From positions 1 to 26,786 of the IMG/VR virus record IMGVR_UViG_3300033067_001421: a stretch of DNA of 26,786 nucleotides. The stretch is one strand, 5' to 3'. This DNA is from a virus. Lineage: Duplodnaviria; Caudoviricetes. How positions within the stretch are numbered: position 1 is the stretch's first letter; the number at the start of each line of letters is the position of its first letter. This document shows, piece by piece, positions 16,313 to 26,786 of the stretch. The notes under the pieces are model-generated. The model was not told the DNA's origin and ran no database searches. It saw only the letters and a list, made by a program, of their open reading frames with translations. The position numbers and the translations under genes are program-made.

Positions 16313-16630
16313 TTAAGCTTGCTGGCCGTTAATAACCAACCAGTCAACAATGGTGGCGGCAGTAGCAGCGGCATTTGGTGTTATTGTAAAACTGCCGTTG
16401 GATTTCACCGTCTGCACGGACTTCAGAGTGGCGTCTGCCGAGGCCACTTGACAGAAGACAAGAGAGCTTGTTGTTACTAGACTATTTGTCACTGTAATTG
16501 CCGAACCACCTGATGCCGCAAAATTTACAGAACCAGATAGCGCGTTAATTGTTCTACTGCCATTAGTTCCGGCAGGTGTTATCACTGGACGATAGTTCTC
16601 ACGTTTTCTGGAGGGAAATAAATGTTCCAT
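16313..16630 (-). CDS. Small beta-rich virion/tail accessory protein
   Basis: Thr/Ser/Ala-rich. Pattern ITVTNSLVTTSSLVF...GSFTIT...VDWLVIN. Confidence 0.65.
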   Translation of the reverse strand: MEHLFPSRKRENYRPVITPAGTNGSRTINALSGSVNFAASGGSAITVTNSLVTTSSLVFCQVASADATLKSVQTVKSNGSFTITPNAAATAATIVDWLVINGQQA

Positions 16631-16986
16631 TAGGTGGGCCTCTTAACGTAACCAAAACAATTGACAAGGCCGGTATCGCAATAGGCTTTGACAGTAAGTG
16701 AGTTCTGGAGCACGGCCCCGGCAAGGATCAATTCCGCTTGAGACTTCGGGGGCATCAGGTAATCCTTGCAGGCACAAGTCGCATCAGTCCCATCCGATCC
16801 ATGCAAGATGCTAACTTTAGCGTCGGTGCTTCCAGTGTTATTTACCCACAACCAGATTTCATCCCACGTGGTAGTCCCACTCGGAACAGTGTGAATTGTT
16901 TGAGCCGTTCCGATCGTGGTCACTGTTATCTGGATTACCAGCCCATCAGCTCTTCCGGATAGCGGGACTTTTGTGTAATTACTCAT
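16630..16986 (-). CDS. Tail-associated beta-sandwich protein, paralogue of the upstream gene's C-terminal domain
   Basis: Aligns by eye with the last ~115 aa of 16983..17810 (LSG, TIHT, GTTxWDEIxxWVNNT, LQN, VKA). Confidence 0.75.
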   Translation of the reverse strand: MSNYTKVPLSGRADGLVIQITVTTIGTAQTIHTVPSGTTTWDEIWLWVNNTGSTDAKVSILHGSDGTDATCACKDYLMPPKSQAELILAGAVLQNSLTVKAYCDTGLVNCFGYVKRPT

Positions 16987-17810
16987 ACCGTATTCCTCAC
17001 CACATGACCAGTTATATTGATGACGTTAGTTGTTCCTGCAAATGCTTTGACGACCTTTGCATTTTGTAGGAAATAACCATCACAAATGAGAATCGGAGGT
17101 GAGTTAGCCGGCACAACCCACTGCTGGGTCATTATGTCTGCAACAGTAGATCCGTCTATGACGATAGATATAGCTACAGCCGAGGTGCTTGTGTTGTTGA
17201 CCCAGATAGTTATCTCGTCCCAGTTCGTAGTGCCTGTGGTGGATGTGTGAATGGTATTAGCTCCACCAAGAGTCGTAGCAGCTACCGTAAAAGTTGCGCC
17301 GTTAGTACTTCCACTGAGACCGATTCGAGTTTGAGTTGGACTGCCGGCACTACCACCAGAAACGGTTGCCCAAGTACCATCTCCCCTCCAATAGGTACTA
17401 GCACTGGCTCCGGTTCCACTATTAAGATTGGTAACAGGGAGATTTCCAGACACATCAGTCGTCAGACTAACAGCTCCCCACGTTGGTACTCCAGCAGCAT
17501 TTCCGTGAAGAAGCGTAGTGGTTGTGCCAAGGCTGGCGAGAGAGGTAATCGCCGTTGTGCTGTCTGCAACGATAACAGCGTTATCAGTGAAAGGACCGAG
17601 AGAGGCACTGGTTGGTTGCCAGGAAGCGTCATAGTCAGCTGTACTATCCTTGGTCAACACATAGCCGGAAGCACCAGCAGCTGGCATTCCTACAGTAGTG
17701 ATAGTACTGAAAGCGTTACTTAAAGCTGTACGAAGTTTAAAGAACCAGTCTTGCCAGGAAGCTGAGTTAAACTGGTTGGCACCAGGAGGTGGTGGAAGGT
17801 TGAAAGACAT
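16983..17810 (-). CDS. Tail fibre/needle-like virion protein
   Basis: N-terminal LPPPP...WQDWFFKL, then fibre-like segments [16 protein letters not shown] and [10 protein letters not shown]. Gly/Thr-rich. Confidence 0.7.
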   Translation of the reverse strand: MSFNLPPPPGANQFNSASWQDWFFKLRTALSNAFSTITTVGMPAAGASGYVLTKDSTADYDASWQPTSASLGPFTDNAVIVADSTTAITSLASLGTTTTLLHGNAAGVPTWGAVSLTTDVSGNLPVTNLNSGTGASASTYWRGDGTWATVSGGSAGSPTQTRIGLSGSTNGATFTVAATTLGGANTIHTSTTGTTNWDEITIWVNNTSTSAVAISIVIDGSTVADIMTQQWVVPANSPPILICDGYFLQNAKVVKAFAGTTNVINITGHVVRNTV

Positions 17811-20800
17811 TAGCGTTCTCCACGTTTCTGGGCAGCTTCACGCATACGCTTTTGGCGTGCAGCTAGTTTCTGCTGTGGGGTAAAGCCGTAGATTGGAACT
17901 CCAAGAGCACCGCTGACCGAACGTCCGACACGCTGTCCTGGCGTAAGGTTGGATTGAACCAAAGGACTTGCAGTGAAAGGAAGAGCTTTCTTGATCAGGT
18001 ATTTTGTGGGAGAATCGCCAGAAATCGCCAGAGGACCAGCTCCATATCGCGCAGCAGCTACGTCGGCTGCAATACTAGGAAGAAAACCAAGTTTATTCAT
18101 GGCGAACGATACGGGATCTGCCATAGCGTGGACTGCTTCAGCTGAGTGCTTTCCAGGCTGAAGAGAAGTTCCATCCTTAAACTGAATTCGCGTTGGGTCT
18201 TTGTTCTCCAGGGTGGAGGTGCCAGTCATTGCGTACTGAATTCCTTGAATAAGTGTAAGCCAAAGGGCGGCCGAACGGAGGGCGTACCGTCGATACATGT
18301 CGACTGCATTGGTAGGCTTCAGTAGACCACGAAAGCCAGTCTCACTCTTCCCAAAAGAATTAAAACCAGCTCGTAAGGTGGATACTCCCCAGTCCGGAGC
18401 AAACAAGAGAATTTGCGCGATTTTTCGGCCACGAGGACTGGCAAAGTGCATGGCTACCTCACGACCGAGTTCAGTCTTTGCTTCTGTAGCAATGCGGAAC
18501 CAATCAAGTCCGCCGGTAGCATCATTGGCGTAGCGAGCAGCCTCCGTATAGATTTCGTCCAGGGATTTGAGGGGGTATTTCTCGGGATTCATTGCGTGAA
18601 GTTCTGCGTTGTTCTTTTTGAACTTAGCGACAGCATCAAGAGCAAGGGCCGATTTCACTCCCGCGTGCATGTAGTCCCAGGTAATCTTGTCCATTTTCTT
18701 ATTAACGAAGTCAATCTTATCTGTAACTGCAGTACCGAGTTTGGTGTCAAATTGACTGTTAGCGAGTTTTCCGAGGTCGCCAATAATCGTGGTGCTCACA
18801 TCGTCAGGAACTTCGAGCTTCAAACCGTTGCGATTGAGGCCCTCGATATGATCCCCGAGTCCACCTTCGTGGAACTTCTTGAGAGCTTCGTCGATGATAC
18901 GTTTGGGGCGAGCGAGATCACCTGGGCGTGGAAGCATTTCAGTCCCCATCCCAAGCGCATAAACCTCGCCAAGACTCTTGGCGTGGAATAGAGAACCGAA
19001 GACCTGAGAACGTTTAACTGCCATTGATAGAGTGTATAGAGCCGCAGTTACAATGTCTGGGTGATAGTTTTCCAGTACAGTGCGCAGTCCATCATAAGCT
19101 TCTGGGTGGACCCGCAGTTTATCTAATTGCGGGTGATCTATCTTCCGAAAACCTGGGGGATAGCGCCCATAGGAATCAGCTTTTGCTACGTAGGGAAGAC
19201 CATCGACTGCCTTTGCTGCCTTATGGAAATCGGTCAGGATACGATCTTCAATCGCTTTACGCATGGACTTGGTGTAGAGATCAAAGATCTCCCCCACATC
19301 CTTAGTCTTAATGCGCATCCCAGTTCCCTCGATAGCACGATTCAATTCGGCAAAGGTATCGTACTTCCGAGCTCGAGCAAATCTAGTCCCAGGACCAGCA
19401 CTATCAGGCCCCTCCATTCTACCAAGGATTTTGTCGATAAGAAGTTGCTTCTCCGATTTACTAACGGTAGGAGCAAACTCCACGATGCTGGTAATGTAGT
19501 TGGAACGGAGAGATTTCAGCACCTTAGCATCAACCGCATCTTTTCCGATCTGAGCATTCATCTGGGCCATGAGGTCATAGACAGCACGCTCATTTGGAGC
19601 AAGACTGTTTCGAGCACCAACCTGAATTGCCTCGGAGATTGCCTCGCGACGGGCTGGATCGGGAACCTCCTTGTTAATATCACGGACAGTATTGTGGCGA
19701 ATAGTTTCCCAAGCTTCGAGGTTTCCATTTCGTACGTTGATGGCTTTGTCGGATTCACGGCCGATATTCGACTTGAGGAATTTGCGACCGAGGAGAAGGG
19801 ATGAGGCGATCGCAGCTCCCTCTACCGGATGCTCGACCTTGCCTCCGAGGTAGTAGCCAGCTCCTAGAGCTGCGGAAATACGGACAGCTGATCCGAAAGC
19901 TTGTTGGGGGGAAATGACTTTGCCGATGGAACGACCTAGAGCGGGAAGGCGAGTCGCAGCCAGTCCGCCGATGCCACCAATCAGAGCTCCGGCTATCTTC
20001 TCATCACCTGCGAGATAGCCACCGATTGCCATGCCTGTGGTGGCGAGACCGAGTTTAACGGCGAGTTCGGGCTTGATGCCGCCATACATATTGATTGGGC
20101 CAGAGCCAAGTGGATCAGCACGACCGCCGAAGGGGCGAGGTTCTGCTGCAGCACCATTTACACCTGTCGGCACCTCCAGCCAAGTGTGTCCCTGCGCATC
20201 AGTGACTTCCTTCCCACCGAGTGACTTGAGGTAGGTGGTAGTTTCCTTGGCATAGCGATCGTAGAGAGATTGATGGCCGGGATTATCAAAAATTAACCCC
20301 CTACTAAGTTCTTTTTTAGCCTCTGGTAATATTTCCTTGAACTCGGTTTCTAGCCGTGCCCACTCTCCAGGTGTAAAAGACCGGGGACCTTTTGCTTGAC
20401 TCTGTTCCAAACGTGAAACTTGTTTTTGCAGATGTTCTAGGAATTCAGCGTTAGAGGACCAACCCTCCACCTTAGCCACCGTATCAGCAGTGGCAAACCT
20501 TACCGCCGCGTCACCACGCGCAGCGGCCTGTCCGAGAGTCTCACGGATCAGGCGATTAGGAGCGTTCTTAACAACGTTGGTGAGGGGGATGAAATCAGGC
20601 TTGTCAGACTCCAGTCCTTTACGGCCCTCCCGAACCGTCTGGGAAACATCATCCCGCAGCAGACTCATACGCAGGTCTTGCCACTCTTTCTTTTCAGTGG
20701 CAGTCAAATCCTTCCGAGGTTGCTTTGGTCCAGTTTCCAACTCCTTGAGACGTTTAATGGTCGTGACCTGCTCTTCGGGAGTCATCACCTTTCGCACGTT

Positions 20801-22531
20801 CTGCGCAAGGTCAGACTGAATCTCCATTACATGCTCAATACCATCCTCAAGAAAACTGCGGGTGTGACCGAAATATTGTGGATCTGCAAAATGGTTCATT
20901 CGGGAGACGTGCATAGTCTCCGGAAAACGCCATAGGGTAGTAGTTGGTTCAACCGAACTTCCACGATTTCGTATCTTATTAAGCCCATAATCAGCGTTAG
21001 CGTCTGTAATCTTCGGAGTCAGCGTATGATCTCCAGTCGCCTTCCGGAATTCCGATACTAACTCCTCTGCCGAGACCTTCCGCCCCTCGGCTTCGGCCTT
21101 CGCTAGTATAGGTTCAAGAACAGCCTTCTCACCTGCAGCGGTTCCAGGTCTATTCAATTCTTGACGAACCTGCGCCGGGCTGAACTCGGTCCGATTTTGG
21201 GGAAGACGGTCGAGGGTCTTGAGAGTGTATTTCCCTTCGGCAAGGACAGGCCCTAGAGCACGTTCAGGCATTCCGCGAAGAATCTCCGCAGGGAGCTTTC
21301 CACGAGCTGCAATGACCCCGCCAAGAGCCAGGGCTGCAGCACCGATCTCCTCTTGCTGATCGGGACGGGCGTAAGCGTAGAGACCGGCGGTAGTGGCGGC
21401 AGCTCCTAAGCCCAGCTTACCAAGGAGATCTTGGTCGATGCCACCGCCTTGTTTAATTGGGGAACGTCCTGCAGGAAGAGAAGCGGTATCCGGACGGCCG
21501 AAGTCGGGAGTACCTGCTTCAGCAGTTTCGGGGCCAAGAGTCTCCCCTTGACTTGCGCGATTAAAGGCTTCTCCAGCGCTGGCCCTACGAACACGCAGTT
21601 CCTCCATTGCTGCTTCCATGATAGCTCGGTCGGATTTCGACTTGGACTTTAACACAGATTCAACTTTGCGGAGGGAAGCGCCACTCTGCATTAATTCGTA
21701 AGCCTGCTGTTGGAGATTAGCGGTACGATCGAACTCGGGGGAGCGTATCTCCGGCTGGGTTTCCGAGCGGTAAGGGGCTTCTGAAGCAGCTTGACGTTGT
21801 GCGGTGAAGTCAGGCTCTTCCATCTGCGCAGCCATACGTTCAGCTGTTAGGGTGCGAGTGTAGGGAGGCTCGCGCAGAGGATCGTCTGGTGTGGGTTGGC
21901 GGGGAGTTTCTGCGGGCCGATTCTGTGGAGTGGGAGGAACCTCCGAACCTCTAGTACGATCGACTGCTTTTTTGAGTAGAGCCTTCCCACCAGTATAAAC
22001 AATGTGAGGTCCGCCCAGGGTCATTGCTTCTCCGGTAAGGTCTTCCACATCCTCCTTGAGTAGAGCTCCACCAGTTCCCTTCTCAACGACTTCTCCGAAC
22101 TTGGAGATACCACGACTAACCGACTCCATAGCTCCACCAACAGCTCCGGTATCATAAGCTTCACCATAACCAAGAGCGCTCATAAGTTTCTTGGCTGGAT
22201 CACGGATTAAACCAGCTTTGGAGGCTACCTCTTGAGCCTCCTGCGCAATACGCTGAGCTGACTGAGCATTCTCGCGACGATCCCCACCAGCTAGAAGTCC
22301 GCCAATACGTCCAGCTATGTTTGCCCCGATCCCGAGTACATCGCTTGGGAGATTGAGAGCCATATCAACAAGCATAGCTGCATTACCGAAGCCCTTGGCC
22401 AGAGAACTTGAAGCGGGGCGTACCTGCGCCTGGAGTTCCTCGAAGGTCATACCGCGTTCAACAGATCCATCAGCATCTCCACCACCAGAGGTCTGTTGGG
22501 CCATTAACTGCTCGTAAGTCAGACCAGCCAT
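17810..22531 (-). CDS. Giant internal virion / DNA ejection protein (polyvalent-protein-like)
   Basis: About 1573 aa from MAGLTYEQL (GGAG RBS). Third of three ejection genes. Contains Gly/Ala hydrophobic segments and an HF...GHTR...EIQSD domain. Confidence 0.75.
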   Translation of the reverse strand: MAGLTYEQLMAQQTSGGGDADGSVERGMTFEELQAQVRPASSSLAKGFGNAAMLVDMALNLPSDVLGIGANIAGRIGGLLAGGDRRENAQSAQRIAQEAQEVASKAGLIRDPAKKLMSALGYGEAYDTGAVGGAMESVSRGISKFGEVVEKGTGGALLKEDVEDLTGEAMTLGGPHIVYTGGKALLKKAVDRTRGSEVPPTPQNRPAETPRQPTPDDPLREPPYTRTLTAERMAAQMEEPDFTAQRQAASEAPYRSETQPEIRSPEFDRTANLQQQAYELMQSGASLRKVESVLKSKSKSDRAIMEAAMEELRVRRASAGEAFNRASQGETLGPETAEAGTPDFGRPDTASLPAGRSPIKQGGGIDQDLLGKLGLGAAATTAGLYAYARPDQQEEIGAAALALGGVIAARGKLPAEILRGMPERALGPVLAEGKYTLKTLDRLPQNRTEFSPAQVRQELNRPGTAAGEKAVLEPILAKAEAEGRKVSAEELVSEFRKATGDHTLTPKITDANADYGLNKIRNRGSSVEPTTTLWRFPETMHVSRMNHFADPQYFGHTRSFLEDGIEHVMEIQSDLAQNVRKVMTPEEQVTTIKRLKELETGPKQPRKDLTATEKKEWQDLRMSLLRDDVSQTVREGRKGLESDKPDFIPLTNVVKNAPNRLIRETLGQAAARGDAAVRFATADTVAKVEGWSSNAEFLEHLQKQVSRLEQSQAKGPRSFTPGEWARLETEFKEILPEAKKELSRGLIFDNPGHQSLYDRYAKETTTYLKSLGGKEVTDAQGHTWLEVPTGVNGAAAEPRPFGGRADPLGSGPINMYGGIKPELAVKLGLATTGMAIGGYLAGDEKIAGALIGGIGGLAATRLPALGRSIGKVISPQQAFGSAVRISAALGAGYYLGGKVEHPVEGAAIASSLLLGRKFLKSNIGRESDKAINVRNGNLEAWETIRHNTVRDINKEVPDPARREAISEAIQVGARNSLAPNERAVYDLMAQMNAQIGKDAVDAKVLKSLRSNYITSIVEFAPTVSKSEKQLLIDKILGRMEGPDSAGPGTRFARARKYDTFAELNRAIEGTGMRIKTKDVGEIFDLYTKSMRKAIEDRILTDFHKAAKAVDGLPYVAKADSYGRYPPGFRKIDHPQLDKLRVHPEAYDGLRTVLENYHPDIVTAALYTLSMAVKRSQVFGSLFHAKSLGEVYALGMGTEMLPRPGDLARPKRIIDEALKKFHEGGLGDHIEGLNRNGLKLEVPDDVSTTIIGDLGKLANSQFDTKLGTAVTDKIDFVNKKMDKITWDYMHAGVKSALALDAVAKFKKNNAELHAMNPEKYPLKSLDEIYTEAARYANDATGGLDWFRIATEAKTELGREVAMHFASPRGRKIAQILLFAPDWGVSTLRAGFNSFGKSETGFRGLLKPTNAVDMYRRYALRSAALWLTLIQGIQYAMTGTSTLENKDPTRIQFKDGTSLQPGKHSAEAVHAMADPVSFAMNKLGFLPSIAADVAAARYGAGPLAISGDSPTKYLIKKALPFTASPLVQSNLTPGQRVGRSVSGALGVPIYGFTPQQKLAARQKRMREAAQKRGER

Positions 22532-22532
22532 G

Positions 22533-23606
22533 CTAGTTCTCCGGATAGTAGAGGCCATCTGCGCGACGGACCCAGGTTATACCATTTACAACAGTATGGG
22601 CAGGAGGTTCCGTAGTTTTTCCCTTACCTGCGCGGGCTCGAGTTGGATCACCGAAAATATTTTCCGCAGGACGAAACTCGCTAAGAACCTCCGCCCGAGC
22701 CTGGGCCAGAGCTTGTTCCGGGGTAAGTTTGGGGTTCTGCGTTACCAACTGCTTAGCCCGAAGATGGGAATCTTGTACTGCTTCACGTTGCAGACCAGGA
22801 GCAGCTTTGCCAAAAACACCAGTTTGATCAAGGTCATTCAACACCTGAATTTCCGAAACATAAGCCATTTCACTCTTCGGGGTCGTTGCAGCGAGACTCT
22901 TGGTAGTGTCCTTTGAAGATCCCCCAGCCTGCAGGCGAGCTTCACGACGCTCGTTTAGTGCAAGTTGTTCAGCACGCTGCTCGGCTTTCCGTTTTTCAGT
23001 AGCAGCATCAAGCTCCATCTTCTTAGTACGGAGGGCTAGGTCTGCTGCCTTGGAAGCTGGAAGGCCCATAGCCGCTTCACGATCCAGCCAAGCCTTGCTG
23101 GATGGTCCCCAGCTACGAAGTTCTGGTGGAACTATTTGACCATTTTGCGCCTTTAACTCAATGTATTGGTTGAGTCCTTCCTGATCCTCCACCATACCGG
23201 CGAGAGAAGCAAGGCGATCCTGCTTGATGACCTCTACACGAGCAGCCTCAAGTCTTCGGCCAGTGTTTTGGTTGGCAAGCTGATCTCCCTCACGCATCAA
23301 GGCGAGACCAGTCTTCGGGTCAGTCCCCATAACCAATTTACCGACATTGCGATACTGTCCAGCAGTCTGATCCTCCAGATCAAACTGTCCGATGGTTGTG
23401 GCATTCTGCTGCTGTGTGTTGAAGGCAGTTGAAAGTGTACGCCTGGTCTGGTCGTCAAGAGCTTCCTGCTTGGCGGTTCGTCTTTCCTGGTTTGCAGCAA
23501 ACTGCATTTGCTGATTCCGAGCAGCGATTCGGTTGTTGGCTTCTTCGACTCCGGAGATCTGAGACAGGGCGTTGAGATAACCGCCGTAGAATCCAGTAAC
23601 TTGCAT
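22533..23606 (-). CDS. Internal virion / DNA ejection protein
   Basis: Start corrected to MQVTGFYGG (GGAG RBS). Gln/Ala-rich and coiled-coil, positioned between the pilot-like and giant ejection genes. Confidence 0.7.
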   Translation of the reverse strand: MQVTGFYGGYLNALSQISGVEEANNRIAARNQQMQFAANQERRTAKQEALDDQTRRTLSTAFNTQQQNATTIGQFDLEDQTAGQYRNVGKLVMGTDPKTGLALMREGDQLANQNTGRRLEAARVEVIKQDRLASLAGMVEDQEGLNQYIELKAQNGQIVPPELRSWGPSSKAWLDREAAMGLPASKAADLALRTKKMELDAATEKRKAEQRAEQLALNERREARLQAGGSSKDTTKSLAATTPKSEMAYVSEIQVLNDLDQTGVFGKAAPGLQREAVQDSHLRAKQLVTQNPKLTPEQALAQARAEVLSEFRPAENIFGDPTRARAGKGKTTEPPAHTVVNGITWVRRADGLYYPEN

Positions 23607-23607
23607 G

Positions 23608-24708
23608 TTAGTCTCCGTAGACAGCTTCGTAGCCGTAGTCGTTAGTGAAGGGCTGGTAAGCTTGGGCTGGTGGAGTAGTCCCACCAAAACTTGTTGTAAC
23701 TCCTGAGCTGTTAGTTACATAGCCAGAACCTTGACTTGGCGTACTATACTGTACGGAGGGAGTATTCGAATAAACTGGCTGTTGTGGGCTAACGGTTTCT
23801 CGCGGAGCAAGTCTCCCAGCATTCTCCGTCAAAGCTTGTCCCTGTCCTGCGTTCCAATTATCCAGACGCTGTTCTTGTGCTCTGAATCTATCACGCTCCA
23901 GATTCAACCCACCAGCCTGATTGGCTGCACTTGAGGTTGCTGCGAAACGACTTGTGTCTGAGGCAGCGTAGCCCAGATTCTGATTTCCCCACTGTTGAGC
24001 AACTCCAGCCCAACCCAGGGCCATGCGTTCGCCCTCTAACCCCAAATTCTGTTGAGATTGTTGTTGGGCCAGCATACGATCAAGAACAGAGTAAGCTGCT
24101 GTATATTGACTAGTGGCGTTATTGGAAGCTTGCAGCAACCTATTGAACTGCGCACCGTACTCCTGACTAGCCATGTTCTGACCGTAGGTAAGAAGCTCCG
24201 CGGCCAGATTCCCACTACCGAGCATACCCTTTGCAGCCGCAGAACGACCAAGGTTCTCCATCCCCTGATCTACCCTCCAGCGATAAGAGGGGTCATCAGG
24301 ACTAAAAGAGCCGGTCATCATCTGATTCAGGCGCTGGTCATAGATACTCCGACCTGGACCCGGGGCCATCTTCGCATTAGCAAGGGCTTCGGCAGTGGCG
24401 ATATTCCGCTGATCCAGGGACTGGAGTTGTTGCAGATTGCCTGTGCCGGACAGACCTTCTTGCCGCTTGATAGCATACTGTTGCTGAGAGCCTGGTACAG
24501 CCCGCATTTGCTTTTCTGCGATTTGCCCCTTCACCTGTGCTGACGTAAGCCCACCAGACATTTGAGACGTTCGCATATTGTACGGAATGTTTTCATACTG
24601 CTGGATTTCTTGTGGAGTATGATACGCACCATCCCGAAAAACATAACCAGCGTCTTCTGCCTGCTTGGCAAAAGCTTCATCATAGCCCATTTCGCTGATA
24701 AGTTGCAT
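23608..24708 (-). CDS. DNA transfer / pilot protein (P22 gp7-like)
   Basis: DPSYRWRVDQG...SAAAKGMLGSGN...YGQNMASQEY...NRL motif characteristic of podoviral DNA transfer proteins. Gln/Gly/Ala-rich. Confidence 0.75.
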   Translation of the reverse strand: MQLISEMGYDEAFAKQAEDAGYVFRDGAYHTPQEIQQYENIPYNMRTSQMSGGLTSAQVKGQIAEKQMRAVPGSQQQYAIKRQEGLSGTGNLQQLQSLDQRNIATAEALANAKMAPGPGRSIYDQRLNQMMTGSFSPDDPSYRWRVDQGMENLGRSAAAKGMLGSGNLAAELLTYGQNMASQEYGAQFNRLLQASNNATSQYTAAYSVLDRMLAQQQSQQNLGLEGERMALGWAGVAQQWGNQNLGYAASDTSRFAATSSAANQAGGLNLERDRFRAQEQRLDNWNAGQGQALTENAGRLAPRETVSPQQPVYSNTPSVQYSTPSQGSGYVTNSSGVTTSFGGTTPPAQAYQPFTNDYGYEAVYGD

Positions 24709-26072
24709 TAGTTGTTCCCCACTTCAGTAGTCAATTCCAAAGCTTCAAGACGAAGCGGTGTATTATCTGTATGTCTTACTTCGTAAGCTCTGCGACGACT
24801 GTGCCCAAGGCGGTGTAGAGAAGCGCGGCGTAGAGCTAGGTTGGCTGAACGGTATTGCGACCAGGTCTGATAATCGTCACTGGAGTATCGGACAAAGACC
24901 AGTGTGTCATCGGAGTCCCCAATCACCTGCAGTTCGTGGAAGAACTTCTTCCGATTGACTCCACCATCTACCAGAGCAGTTCTGATGTGAACGTCTATCG
25001 GCCGTCCTGCATCCGTATAGGTGTCTGGATCGAGGGTGTAGAGATTGCCGGCGGTGTCCTGAACTAACTCGATGTTACCAAAGCCGGCGTAGAAGCGACC
25101 AATGAAAGCACCGGAGGTATAGCCGGTGGCGGTTGGCGATCCGGTCGCGGGAGTTACTGAGGGAACACTAAGTGGAACATAGGTGAAGGTTGTTGCGTTT
25201 ACATACTGAACAATCACTGCACCATTGTACTCGGTCTGGGTTGCGGCTGCCACCACCACAGGATCTCCATCGGAAAAGCCGTGAGCTCCTGTAGTAACTG
25301 CGGTGACCAATCCAGTCAAGCTGTCGTAGGTCAAGGAACTGACAGTTTTCGCCACACCTGCGGTCAAACTGGTCCACTCCTTCCAATCCCCGGTCGCTAC
25401 ATCACAGGCCAAGGTTATGTCACTATCTACCAGTGTCAGGACATAGAAGTTGTGTCCTGAAATCTTCACGCAGAAAGAGAATACCGAACTGAGATCGTCG
25501 CCGTTCAATATGCGCTCAACCGAAGGGGTGGAGATGATTTGTGGGTTGGTGCCAGTCATCATATAAACTGAACGACCCCGTTGCTTCGTTACACCAATGA
25601 AGAAGAGTTGGTTGTTAGTTTGGGCGATTGAACCAGCTGACGCACAACCTACGTTCAGCATACCGGAAGTGTATGGGGATAGCGGGGAGCCTGGCGCTGG
25701 ATTACCTGCATCGAAGAAGAATTCGGTGGTGTAGCTCCCGAATGCTACGATGTAGTTGAGTAGGCGAGCCAGAGCGACTCCACCATCAGGCTCCATCTGC
25801 GCCACGATTTTGTTGAGAGCTGTCCAGGATGTTGGAGTGTTGAGGCCGGAACCAAAGATCTGCCCGTTGGGGTCCATGACGTAGTAGGTGCCGTCGAGAT
25901 AAGCAATACCCCTCACCGTAGTAGCGGGGTAATCTGCATCGGTGATCTTAGTGACAGTAGTTCCGTTGTAGTAGAAGGCGTCGGCTGTGGACTTGAACAC
26001 AAAGCCAACGGTCCCGCCAGCTACATCAGTCTGGATGAAATCGAAGGGGAGGCCTGGGACTGTAACTGCCAT
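24708..26072 (-). CDS. Packaged-DNA stabilisation / tail hub protein (P22 gp10-like)
   Basis: LDGTYYV, FGSYTTEFF, GCASAGSI, ISTPSVERIL, GHNFYVLT, YSSDDYQTWS and RLGHSRRRAYEV match the gp10 family pattern. AAGGA RBS. Confidence 0.8.
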   Translation of the reverse strand: MAVTVPGLPFDFIQTDVAGGTVGFVFKSTADAFYYNGTTVTKITDADYPATTVRGIAYLDGTYYVMDPNGQIFGSGLNTPTSWTALNKIVAQMEPDGGVALARLLNYIVAFGSYTTEFFFDAGNPAPGSPLSPYTSGMLNVGCASAGSIAQTNNQLFFIGVTKQRGRSVYMMTGTNPQIISTPSVERILNGDDLSSVFSFCVKISGHNFYVLTLVDSDITLACDVATGDWKEWTSLTAGVAKTVSSLTYDSLTGLVTAVTTGAHGFSDGDPVVVAAATQTEYNGAVIVQYVNATTFTYVPLSVPSVTPATGSPTATGYTSGAFIGRFYAGFGNIELVQDTAGNLYTLDPDTYTDAGRPIDVHIRTALVDGGVNRKKFFHELQVIGDSDDTLVFVRYSSDDYQTWSQYRSANLALRRASLHRLGHSRRRAYEVRHTDNTPLRLEALELTTEVGNN

Positions 26073-26086
26073 TATATTTCCTTAGA

Positions 26087-26785
26087 TTAAGGGACTCGGG
26101 CAGCTAGAAGCTTAGCCCACTTTGCGCCACCTGCAACATACCAATCGGAACCAAATTGGAGTAAAGCTTGCGGGGTAAAATTACTTGGAATGACATGAGG
26201 AGTATAATTGGATTTGGTCCAGGTTATTCCGTCTGAAGAAACCGCTACGTCATCCGTACTCAACAAAACCACAATTTTACCTGAATACGCGTGCTGAGCA
26301 ACCGCGGCAGTTATACTTGTGCCGAGTCCCCAATCAGATGTTAGAAGCGTCCAGGTTACAAAGTCAGTTGATGAATAGACCTTCTTTCCATAGGAACCTC
26401 CACGTGGAATGGAATATGCAGTTGAGCCCATTATTACAATTTTGTAGTAATCGCTACCACTAAGGTTTGATGTTATCCTGGTCCAGGAGCCTCCTGTCAG
26501 AAGAGACCTAGCGAATACTTGTGGTGTATCTACATAATAGTTTTGTATATAAGCGTATGAGCCTAACACATAAGTGTTTAGTGTGTCGTAATCACCTGAA
26601 TAAAAACCGCTCGGCGTGTCTTCGGCGGAAATAATACTTTGGGCACTATAGGGATCTCTAAGCAGGTAAATTGTCAGATCAACTCCTGTAACGTGCCAGA
26701 CATAGCCTCCAGAATAAAATCCCCGGCTTGATGATTCATAGACAGGCCCGCTCCAAGAAGTTGCCCCACTCCAGGTTGAACCGCT
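26087..26785 (-). CDS. Beta-propeller (Asp-box/BNR-like) protein, 5'-truncated by the window edge
   Basis: Hand translation shows the frame stays open from 26569 to the window end. Asp-box-like SSTDFVTWT and SSDGITWT repeats. Confidence 0.7.
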   Translation of the reverse strand, partial: SGSTWSGATSWSGPVYESSSRGFYSGGYVWHVTGVDLTIYLLRDPYSAQSIISAEDTPSGFYSGDYDTLNTYVLGSYAYIQNYYVDTPQVFARSLLTGGSWTRITSNLSGSDYYKIVIMGSTAYSIPRGGSYGKKVYSSTDFVTWTLLTSDWGLGTSITAAVAQHAYSGKIVVLLSTDDVAVSSDGITWTKSNYTPHVIPSNFTPQALLQFGSDWYVAGGAKWAKLLAARVP

Positions 26786-26786
26786 G

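Noticed and set aside
16630-17330. Diversity-generating retroelement TR/VR pair
   Set aside because: The similarity is protein-level and diverged, not adenine-specific, and there is no reverse transcriptase in the window.
18013-18032. Tandem AATCGCCAGA x2
   Set aside because: Only two copies inside a coding region, compatible with chance.

Overview
The window is a fragment of a tailed dsDNA phage genome, podovirus-like, with two convergent arms. The + strand arm (1-14134) holds early, recombination and replication genes: a Cas4/RecB-like PD-(D/E)XK nuclease, a Sak4/AAA_24-like ATPase, an HNH endonuclease, an SSB-like protein, an ExoX-like DEDDh exonuclease, a ParB-DNA methyltransferase fusion, a UDG-family A DNA polymerase fusion, a DUF3987-like P-loop protein, a DUF6378-like protein and many small ORFs. 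The - strand arm (14198-26786) holds virion genes: a beta-propeller protein, a P22 gp10-like tail hub, three ejection/internal virion proteins, tail proteins, a holin-like protein and a beta-helix tailspike. A bidirectional terminator separates the arms. Most notable observations: (1) the polymerase has an apparently inactivated UDG domain and non-canonical residues in motifs A, B and C, and no primase is visible in the window; (2) two intergenic RNAs have tRNA-like architecture without a normal anticodon arm; (3) a domain in the giant ejection protein is bracketed by duplicated hydrophobic motifs; (4) a tail domain is tandemly duplicated. All family calls come from recognising motifs by eye; no database search was run.
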